The position numbers were made by a program, and so were the translations under genes. DNA of 64,000 nt from a virus: positions 32,001-96,000 of IMG/VR virus record IMGVR_UViG_3300035180_001847; one strand, written 5' to 3'. The notes under the pieces were generated by a model, which did not search any database, was not told where the DNA came from, and worked only from the letters and a program-made list of their open reading frames with translations. Below, piece after piece: positions 50,176 through 57,426 of this stretch (positions are counted from its first letter, which is position 1; each line of letters opens with the position of its first letter).

Positions 50176-50709
50176 TCATATATTTTTATTTCCATCTAAA
50201 AATGAATAGATTTTATATTCAAGTTTATCTAGTCCTGTTGGGCAGGAAAGAACGGCATCGAATGAGAAATCAAGTAAAGAAGTTTCAGATGGATGGTTTT
50301 TTTGTTCCTGTGTCAGTCCATTATCAAAATCAGGTCGAAAAATCCAAATTGAAAATACTTTGTATCCAGATTGTTTTAATAAACTTATTTCGTTTTCAAA
50401 TCTACAATCCGCAATTACTATGTAATCAAAATCTTGTCCAAATGTTTTTATAAATTCTAACGCAATATTAACCCATATATTAGGATTTCTTTCGCGCCCA
50501 ATATCCGTTCCGATTTTTTGTAGAATAGACCTTCCCTTATCATCTTTTGCTCCATCCCATCCAAAATATTCTTTTGCAAAAAATTTCAGGGTATCTGCAT
50601 AATTAAAGATGAGAACGGATTTTCCCTTTGATTCCATATATTTTTTAATATATTTTGCCACAGAAGTTTTTCCATGTTGAGCTTGTCCTGAAATGGTTAT
50701 TATTTTCAT
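50176..50709 (-). CDS. deoxynucleoside monophosphate kinase
   Basis: GQAQHGKT P-loop, YADTLK, RSILQKIGTD, DCRFENE, HPSE. Confidence 0.9.
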   Translation of the reverse strand: MKIITISGQAQHGKTSVAKYIKKYMESKGKSVLIFNYADTLKFFAKEYFGWDGAKDDKGRSILQKIGTDIGRERNPNIWVNIALEFIKTFGQDFDYIVIADCRFENEISLLKQSGYKVFSIWIFRPDFDNGLTQEQKNHPSETSLLDFSFDAVLSCPTGLDKLEYKIYSFLDGNKNI

Positions 50710-51243
50710 TTATAAATTTTCTTCTTTCCTGATATATTCAACAACCTCTTTCCAATTATTGCATCGTGGATTGTAGTCATATTTAGAATTCCATGCTTTA
50801 TTGTAAAGAACTCCTTTTCCATAAGCGTTCTTGCAATTTTCATATTTGTCATCAATCAAGTAATGACATAAAATCAAGCTTTTATCGAGACATTCTATAT
50901 AATCCTCCTTTTTCTCAATAAAACCATATTTCTTCAACCACATAAATTTGATTCCAGCATGTCCTAGTGTGCTTGATGTTACAAAAACAACCCTTCCAAT
51001 TTTCTTTAATTCTCCTACTCCCCATTGAGAAAATGATATGGGTTCAATCTCATCATAAATTTTTGGGTCTTCTATATATTGATAAATGTTTTTTCCGCAA
51101 ATTGGTTTTACATACTGTGTCATATCCCAAGAAAGAATTTTGTTTTCGCTAAGGTCATCGGAATAATCTCTGTTATATCTTTTCAACCATTCGCTCATCA
51201 AATCTGCACATGTGTCATCAACATCTACTGATATTGTAATCAT
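50710..51243 (-). CDS. 5'(3')-deoxyribonucleotidase (NT5C, HAD family)
   Basis: VDVDDT, KFMWL, LIDDK, AWN motifs. Confidence 0.9.
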   Translation of the reverse strand: MITISVDVDDTCADLMSEWLKRYNRDYSDDLSENKILSWDMTQYVKPICGKNIYQYIEDPKIYDEIEPISFSQWGVGELKKIGRVVFVTSSTLGHAGIKFMWLKKYGFIEKKEDYIECLDKSLILCHYLIDDKYENCKNAYGKGVLYNKAWNSKYDYNPRCNNWKEVVEYIRKEENL

Positions 51244-51443
51244 TTATCTTCCTCTTTTTTATTGTCTGTTGAATAAAATCCGCTTCCCGAAAATAGAATT
51301 GGGAAAGCCGATTTTATTATTTTTTTTACTATTTTGCTTTTACATTTTGGACATTCAACATTATTCTTTATTTTATCATATTCTATAAATAATTCAAATT
51401 CTTTCCCACAAACATCACATCTAAAATCATATAACGCTTTCAT
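51240..51443 (-). CDS. FmdB-family zinc ribbon protein
   Basis: YDFRCDVCG...CPKC...FSGSGFYSTD. Confidence 0.85.
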   Translation of the reverse strand: MKALYDFRCDVCGKEFELFIEYDKIKNNVECPKCKSKIVKKIIKSAFPILFSGSGFYSTDNKKEEDK

Positions 51444-51447
51444 ATCA

Positions 51448-51696
51448 TTATCCTTGTACCTTTTTCAGATCATCCTGACGTAATTTTCTGCGAACTAATG
51501 CGTCAGCCATGTGAATACAATATTCTTCAAAATCATATTTTCCATCTCTATGAAATCTATGTGATAATTCTTCCCAATAAATTTCATCATTAGATTTTAT
51601 TGCATTCATAATCATTTCGGCTATAATATGGTCGTCTGTACCCTCCACCACCCCATTTGGAAAAAATTTTAAAAGCACACCATATTTTTCTGTCAT
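51448..51696 (-). CDS. hypothetical protein
   Basis: 82-aa ORF in operon. Confidence 0.55.
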   Translation of the reverse strand: MTEKYGVLLKFFPNGVVEGTDDHIIAEMIMNAIKSNDEIYWEELSHRFHRDGKYDFEEYCIHMADALVRRKLRQDDLKKVQG

Positions 51697-52445
51697 AATA
51701 TATTTCTCTTATCATCTGGGGACAAAGGAACAAAAGTAAATTGATTCTTAAGATTAAATTTACTCACAATCCAGAACGAATGAAAATCGGATGATGAATA
51801 TTTTTTTAGCAATTCATAAGGAATGTCGTCATCCAAGTCTTTGAAGTTTCTTTTATTATCTTCGTAACATTTTAGAATATTGGCATCATTGCACATTTCA
51901 ATATCATTAAGATTTTTATATTTTGTTCTGAATTTTTTGTTTACTGCGAATAATCCTTCGCCTATGTTTATTCTCTCCACGATGTTCGGAGTAAGATAAT
52001 CAATTCTTCGTTCTGGAACAATAGCTTGAAGACCCTGACTGAATTTTTTATGTAGAAATCCGCACATATCAAATGGTATTAAAAATGCGAAAGGAATATC
52101 ATATTCCAATGCTTTTGTAATAAAATCAAATTTCAGACTAAAAGGGGGGTTTGTTATAATACAATCAATATTCCCAATTGGTTTTTCTAAAGATTGAGAC
52201 TCTAAAAAATCTTCATTATAACAATCTTTTCTCAAAGGATATTTATCACTCGAATAAACCTTGTATCCAGAATCAAAAAGTTTATCACTTAACCTCATCT
52301 GCCCTGCCGCGCACTCCCAGATTTTCTTTACATTCATTGGGATATAAGGAAGCAATAAATTTAAGGCATAAATGGGTGTTTGAAAATTATTTCTATTAGA
52401 TTTGTCATTTTTAGGCTGTGGAATTTTTGTCTTAGTTGTTTTCAT
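51693..52445 (-). CDS. DNA adenine methyltransferase
   Basis: FQTP, IWECAAG, IITNPPFS motifs. Confidence 0.85.
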   Translation of the reverse strand: MKTTKTKIPQPKNDKSNRNNFQTPIYALNLLLPYIPMNVKKIWECAAGQMRLSDKLFDSGYKVYSSDKYPLRKDCYNEDFLESQSLEKPIGNIDCIITNPPFSLKFDFITKALEYDIPFAFLIPFDMCGFLHKKFSQGLQAIVPERRIDYLTPNIVERINIGEGLFAVNKKFRTKYKNLNDIEMCNDANILKCYEDNKRNFKDLDDDIPYELLKKYSSSDFHSFWIVSKFNLKNQFTFVPLSPDDKRNIL

Positions 52446-52800
52446 GTTTATCCAGAGGAAGCGTAATAGAGGAATTGATGTATAAGATTTTACGAAATTT
52501 GAATACTCTTGGAGAAAGTATTTTTTCAGAATTTATTTTTTTAAGAATAAGATGTTTCTTCAATCTTCCATATTTATTAAAATCAATGGCATAATTCATA
52601 TTATCTACAAGAGTATAATCCGTAAATTTTTCTTTTTTATTTTGCACAATTGCAGAAACATATTCGCCCGTTTCTTCACAAAATAAGACTTCTAAACACG
52701 GTTGAGGGAAAATATTATCCTTAATCCAATTTGAAATCTTGCTATTATAAATATTGCTGACAAACCTGTTCCACTTATTTATTCTAGTAAAATCTTTCAT
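52432..52800 (-). CDS. hypothetical protein
   Basis: 122 aa, AGGAG RBS. Confidence 0.55.
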   Translation of the reverse strand: MKDFTRINKWNRFVSNIYNSKISNWIKDNIFPQPCLEVLFCEETGEYVSAIVQNKKEKFTDYTLVDNMNYAIDFNKYGRLKKHLILKKINSEKILSPRVFKFRKILYINSSITLPLDKHENN

Positions 52801-52821
52801 TGTAAAATATATCTCCTGAAA

Positions 52822-53055
52822 TTAAAATTGATAAAAATATTTTGGATGACAACTTTCAATATGAGCCACGCCGTCAGTTACTACAACCCTTACTTTCATT
52901 GCCTCATCTTCATTTTCAGCCAGGCATCCTCTTTTCACTGGAATTTTATAATCAACATCAACCAACGGAATGATTACTTCCCGCCTCATCCATAGTCCAA
53001 TATAAGTTTCGTTTCGTAAATCAACTTGAAAATCTTCTTGTGACTGTGTAAGCAT
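52822..53055 (-). CDS. hypothetical protein
   Basis: 77 aa, AGGAG RBS. Confidence 0.6.
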   Translation of the reverse strand: MLTQSQEDFQVDLRNETYIGLWMRREVIIPLVDVDYKIPVKRGCLAENEDEAMKVRVVVTDGVAHIESCHPKYFYQF

Positions 53056-53087
53056 GTTGTGTCTCTCCTATTTTTTATAATTTTTGT

Positions 53088-53285
53088 TTATAAAACTTGA
53101 AATTTATCAACAATTTTTATTGCTATGTCATAGTATTTATTTTCTTTTTCAATACCTATTCCTATGCGATTTGTATTTTTACAGGCAATCATTGTTGATC
53201 CGATGCCCATTGTGTTATCAAGTACAAGTCCACCATTATTGGAATATGTTTTTATCAACCATTCCATGTGTATTTCAGACTCCAC
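53088..53285 (-). pseudogene. C-terminal fragment of a beta-class DNA methyltransferase
   Basis: WLIKTYSN..LVLDNTMGIGST...IGIEKE; catalytic half missing. Confidence 0.75.
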
Positions 53286-53363
53286 AACAAAAAATCTCCT
53301 AAAATAAGTCTTATGTATTTTGAATTGCCCTCCAGTATGAATAAAATATTATTTTTTTATTCA

Positions 53364-53735
53364 TTAAATAACTTCTACTTCACAAGTGGTTTCTAAGGAG
53401 GGGTTTAACAGGCTTCTAACGGTGAAAAACGTTTTTCCCATGTTTTTCCCTTGAACAATACAGGTACTTGAATACAAAATATTTCTATCATTAACCACTA
53501 TTTCAAAATCGTCCCATGCATAAGGAAAAGGATCGCATAAATTACTAATAGCCCATACGGTTATTTTTTTACCCTCGCCCAAAGGCAATTTGAAATTGCC
53601 TCCGTCAACCGCCAATGCAACAACGGATTTTTTGTACAAAATCCTGTTCCAAACCGTTTTTAATAAAAAATAGCTGTTATATCCCAGAAAAGAACTTGGC
53701 ATATTGTTTTTCATTCTCACAATGGATTTAAGCAT
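53364..53735 (-). CDS. hypothetical protein
   Basis: 123-aa ORF. Confidence 0.55.
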   Translation of the reverse strand: MLKSIVRMKNNMPSSFLGYNSYFLLKTVWNRILYKKSVVALAVDGGNFKLPLGEGKKITVWAISNLCDPFPYAWDDFEIVVNDRNILYSSTCIVQGKNMGKTFFTVRSLLNPSLETTCEVEVI

Positions 53736-53800
53736 TTATTTTTCCCTATCATTTAATATGAACATATTATATTCTTTATAAATATTTCTTGAACTCATCA

Positions 53801-53983
53801 TTAATACGCCCCATTCTTTTCCGATCCATTATCGCTCCTATTGCAAGAATCACATATAGGTGCTTCAACAACCATTCCAAATTCATTTTCAATTAAAGTA
53901 AAAAAGTGACCCGAATGATTATGTTCATCGATATCTTCCCCGCATTCAGCACATTTTATTGGTTCAATAATTGGAAAAGCCAT
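53801..53983 (-). CDS. small zinc-finger protein
   Basis: CAECG...CDSC; GAGGAG RBS. Confidence 0.6.
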   Translation of the reverse strand: MAFPIIEPIKCAECGEDIDEHNHSGHFFTLIENEFGMVVEAPICDSCNRSDNGSEKNGAY

Positions 53984-54215
53984 TTTATTCTCCTCATTGA
54001 TGAAATTATAGTTTTATTCTTTGTACCAAATTGTTCCAATTAACTTTTTTGACTTCCGTGTATTTCTTTCAAAGCCTTGAACGGTAATCGATTAGCATCC
54101 ATATTTTCACAAACAATTTCCCGTTCTTTTTTAGATTTACGGTGTCTTGCCAGAGTATCAAGGTTTATATTTTCACTTTTATTATACTATATTTATAATA
54201 AAAAGTCAAGAATTG

Positions 54216-54248
54216 AAAAAGTCACCTTATTAATAAAGGCGACTTTTT
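54216..54248 (-). terminator. intrinsic terminator
   Basis: AAAAAGTCACCTT...AAGGCGACTTTTT. Confidence 0.6.
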
Positions 54249-54420
54249 ATTAATGTTATTCTTTTTTGTCTGTACGCTGCCTAGATGGAATAACTAGAAC
54301 CGCGTTGCCACCCAAACATTCGAAAAAAATTCAAGCAACAAAAAAATCAAAATACAATCAAATATTGACATTTTATTTTACTTCTATCGAACCAAAATTA
54401 TCTCAACTTATAGTTTAATT

Positions 54421-55035
54421 TTACTTGAATGGCTCAAGGATTGTTTCACCTTGAGAAATAACATACGGAATTTCTCTTGCTCCCCACTTCAACACAATAT
54501 ATGAAATAAAATCTTGAATAGTGGGGAATAAATCGACACTAACTTTATATGCCGTAATTAATCTTGCCACAGTGTTCCCCCCAATTTTTTCAAAAAACGT
54601 GGTTATAATTGCATAAAATGATCCATCGTCATCTTTACAAAGCCATAAATTTGTACTAACTGGAGTATCATCCGCATTCTTAAAACCATAAGTGCGATAA
54701 GATTTCCATGTTCCATGATTGTCCAAACATCGAAAGGCAGCATTGGCTTCCGTAGAATGTCTAAGCCAAGCATGTCCATTAACAACTTGAATAATGCGAA
54801 GTTCTTGTGATGTTAAATTTGATGCAGTTTCATCAAGAACTGGCGACAAAGTTAAAGTCCCGCCATATTGCAAAACAAATTTTCCCAAATCTTCTGATTG
54901 TTGAATAGGAGACAATACGGTAAAATTTACACCAGAAAAAAACAAAACAGAAATTATAATTGAAAACAATAGAATGGCAATCATTGCAAATTTAATTACA
55001 CCCATACCGCTTGTTGGAATATTCATTGTGGTCAT
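54421..55035 (-). CDS. membrane-anchored hypothetical protein
   Basis: N-terminal TM helix; GAGGAG RBS. Confidence 0.7.
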   Translation of the reverse strand: MTTMNIPTSGMGVIKFAMIAILLFSIIISVLFFSGVNFTVLSPIQQSEDLGKFVLQYGGTLTLSPVLDETASNLTSQELRIIQVVNGHAWLRHSTEANAAFRCLDNHGTWKSYRTYGFKNADDTPVSTNLWLCKDDDGSFYAIITTFFEKIGGNTVARLITAYKVSVDLFPTIQDFISYIVLKWGAREIPYVISQGETILEPFK

Positions 55036-55075
55036 AAAATATAATCTCCTCTTTATTATAATTTTATTTTTTGTT

Positions 55076-55291
55076 TTATAGAGTTCTGAAAATCAATTGG
55101 CGAAGGTTTTCATTATTTGCATCGGGCGAGTTTATAATCATTTGAAATGATAGCTTTTCCCCAATTGTGCAATCAAAATCTGGTTCGTGAATTCGCACAT
55201 ATTCCATAACATGAAGCGGAATGTTCAAGCGTAAAATCCAGCATCCAATCATAATTGCATACATAAATTTGTTGAGTGTGAGTGATGACAT
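55076..55291 (-). CDS. hypothetical protein
   Basis: 71 aa, AAGGAG RBS, promoter upstream. Confidence 0.6.
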   Translation of the reverse strand: MSSLTLNKFMYAIMIGCWILRLNIPLHVMEYVRIHEPDFDCTIGEKLSFQMIINSPDANNENLRQLIFRTL

Positions 55292-55320
55292 TTTATCTCC
55301 TTTTTTATTTGATGCTTATC

Positions 55321-55349
55321 ATTATACAGGATGATGATTGATTTGTCAA
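55321..55349 (-). promoter_or_regulatory. sigma70-type promoter
   Basis: Minus strand TTGACA-N17-TATAAT. Confidence 0.75.
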
Positions 55350-55587
55350 GATGTAAAATTACATTTTTATCAATAATTTTTACTATCATGTCACAATATT
55401 CGTCTTCTAATTGAGTGCATGACAAAACACATGACAAAAAATTAAAAAGACATGCACACGTCAAATAATAACGTGCGCATGCACTCAAATAAGTAAGAAA
55501 TGTCATCACAAGAACAATGAAATCGAGGATGATTAACCAGAACACAAAATACAATCAACAACTACACCAACGTCGAAACCTAAACTC

Positions 55588-55626
55588 GCCCAACCGATAG
55601 CCAGTTGGCCGCACGCTTTGTTAGTC
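55588..55626 (-). mobile_element. minimal attC-like site
   Basis: Minus strand GACTAACAAAGCGTGCGGCCAACTGGCTATCGGTTGGGC. Confidence 0.7.
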
Positions 55627-55815
55627 ACCGCTCATGCTGTCAAACACATTCAATAGTGTTTCATCAAACGTGCCAACACCTCTCATTTCTTCGAGGCGTA
55701 CGGCGCATTGAAAGAAATCATTTTCTTTGAGACAATCTTTGGCAGATGTCAACAATGTTTCGATAACCTTGATGCGTCGCTGCAACTCTTGTTTGCAAAC
55801 ATCTTCTGTTTTCAT
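55621..55815 (-). CDS. hypothetical protein, gene cassette
   Basis: 64 aa, AAGGAG RBS; stop codon TAA lies within the GACTAAC inverse core. Confidence 0.7.
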   Translation of the reverse strand: MKTEDVCKQELQRRIKVIETLLTSAKDCLKENDFFQCAVRLEEMRGVGTFDETLLNVFDSMSGD

Positions 55816-55839
55816 AATTCTCCTTTTAGCAAGATGGGG

Positions 55840-55964
55840 GACTAACGGCTTGCGTCAGTTGCGGGGCGATTTGCAAAGCCCGCAAGTATCAAAATTTACA
55901 CTGCAAAAGGAATTACATTTTTTGCAGCACCAGTAATCCCCATCAACTGCGCGCCTTGTTAAGT
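55840..55964 (-). mobile_element. attC-like site overlapped by coding sequence
   Basis: Minus strand ACTTAACAAGGCGCGCAGTTGATGGGG...GCCCCGCAACTGACGCAAGCCGTTAGTC. Confidence 0.8.
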
Positions 55965-56103
55965 GCGCCAAAGTTTCGCCAAGTTCCTTATAAAGCAACC
56001 CTGCTTCTTCTCGCGTAAGTATATAATCTTTCATACCCTCAAGGGGACGAAGGCAAACAAGATCGGAAACACCTTTATACGTTGAAATCATTTTGTTTTG
56101 CAT
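55855..56103 (-). CDS. hypothetical cassette protein with C-terminal zinc finger
   Basis: 82 aa, AGGAG RBS; WCCKKC...CGLCKSPR. Confidence 0.7.
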   Translation of the reverse strand: MQNKMISTYKGVSDLVCLRPLEGMKDYILTREEAGLLYKELGETLAHLTRRAVDGDYWCCKKCNSFCSVNFDTCGLCKSPRN

Positions 56104-56109
56104 AGTAGC

Positions 56110-56204
56110 TCCTAACTATGTTTTGAGCGGTGAAATCACCGCCTAAATACCCAAATTAATCTTAATTATCTTCATTAGCCAATCGTATGAACGGCTTGCT
56201 CTGG
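56110..56204 (-). mobile_element. degenerate attC-like site
   Basis: Ends ATAGTTAGGA on the minus strand; the left end CCAGAGCAAGCCGTTCA is eroded. Confidence 0.35.
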
Positions 56205-56387
56205 ATAGAACTTGACTTCACCACCCCAAGCATACCAAAGATCAGTTACGTGTTCAACGATTTCAGACGCTTTATTCTCAAGTTCATCAGGAATAACGAG
56301 AGTTGGATTATCGCCGTCCCACCTGATTATTGCGCCTTCATACTCTTTTGCAAGAGCCTTTTCAAGAAGTGCCTTCCAGTTTTTCAT
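56175..56387 (-). CDS. hypothetical protein, gene cassette
   Basis: 70 aa, AAGGAG RBS, directly after an attC GTTGGGC core. Confidence 0.7.
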   Translation of the reverse strand: MKNWKALLEKALAKEYEGAIIRWDGDNPTLVIPDELENKASEIVEHVTDLWYAWGGEVKFYPEQAVHTIG

Positions 56388-56407
56388 GAGTCTCCTTTTC
56401 CTAGATT

Positions 56408-56539
56408 GCCCAACAGACTTGCGTTAATGGTTTTGTCGCTCATAGTTCGCGCAAATTAAATGAATGCATTGTTCGCAGGGTTCGCCATAGACATATTGTT
56501 TGGTATCGGTGGCGAAATCCCCTGCGTGCTTTGTTAAGT
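56408..56539 (-). mobile_element. attC-like site overlapped by coding sequence
   Basis: Minus strand ACTTAACAAAGCACGCAGG...TAACGCAAGTCTGTTGGGC. Confidence 0.7.
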
Positions 56540-56672
56540 GTACTTTATGTTGATTATGAGCGTCTCTGACACCGAACGCCCAGCATCGAAAGCCACAAAT
56601 TGAGCAGGTGTAATATTTTGTCTTTTTACCGCGATGGGTAATTTCAAATTTAGCACGATGATGTTTTTTCAT
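56424..56672 (-). CDS. hypothetical Cys/His-rich cassette protein
   Basis: 82 aa; CSICG...H..H and CEQC motifs. Confidence 0.6.
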   Translation of the reverse strand: MKKHHRAKFEITHRGKKTKYYTCSICGFRCWAFGVRDAHNQHKVHLTKHAGDFATDTKQYVYGEPCEQCIHLICANYERQNH

Positions 56673-56795
56673 ATTTATTCACTTCTGTTCCTTTTGGTTT
56701 CAAACTAAATCACCCGCAATTTTCATTACACCCAATCTTATTTTTTGGCAAACGTTTTCTTTTTCAAGTGGCAAAAATTGAAATTGAAAGCGACA

Positions 56796-56996
56796 TCAAA
56801 CATCTTTTTCCGGAACTGATTCTACATCGCCATACTTCTCTAGAAGTGGCTCAACCTCATCATAAAGTGAATAACCCTTTTTGAGTAATTCAACAGCATT
56901 ATGTAATTGGCCTTTTGCAATCATTGCTCCAAGTTCCCCATTGTGTTGAATATTGTAGTCTGCGTTTTCCAACGCTTCCAAAATTAATGCCGCCAT
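56796..56996 (-). CDS. hypothetical protein
   Basis: 66 aa, AAGGAG RBS. Confidence 0.6.
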   Translation of the reverse strand: MAALILEALENADYNIQHNGELGAMIAKGQLHNAVELLKKGYSLYDEVEPLLEKYGDVESVPEKDV

Positions 56997-57062
56997 TATC
57001 TCTCCTTTATATATTAAAAATTATTGATATTGTTAATTTCACGAAACATTTACGTTCAACTA

Positions 57063-57200
57063 TCATGTAGTGCCCAATGCGATAGTGAAAAAAAATGCAG
57101 ACAAAAATAACCATGCAGCAGATTCATATTCATCATAATACAACGCAATACCAGCCATTATTAATTGAATTACAACAAGAATCAAGAGGATAATCTTCAT
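57063..57200 (-). CDS. small membrane protein
   Basis: Start MKIILL after AAGGTG; TTGACA-N17-TATAAT at 57220-57248. Confidence 0.5.
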   Translation of the reverse strand: MKIILLILVVIQLIMAGIALYYDEYESAAWLFLSAFFFTIALGTT

Positions 57201-57426
57201 TTTTTCACCTTTCTTTTTTATTATATAGCAAACGATCCATTTTGTCAATAGGCAATTTATGAAATTGAATTATTTGTTCTATTTTTCAAATCCTTTTAAG
57301 GTATCTTACAATATCTCACCATTTATTTATCATACTTGTTGTCATCACGTTATCCATTCAAGTATTTCAAATAATTGTTTATAAGCATCTTCATTTATGT
57401 GTGCATAATAAACATGATTTTTAAAT

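Noticed and set aside
54256-54310. preQ1-like riboswitch (minus strand GCGGTTCTAG...AAAAAAG)
   Set aside because: Loop too long, no queuosine-related gene downstream, and better explained as a small frameshifted ORF.
55249-55554. 101-aa minus-strand ORF
   Set aside because: Runs through a consensus promoter and an inverted repeat; no RBS.
55588-56539. CRISPR array
   Set aside because: The repeats are long, degenerate and separated by whole genes, which fits attC rather than CRISPR; no CRISPR array was seen anywhere in the window.
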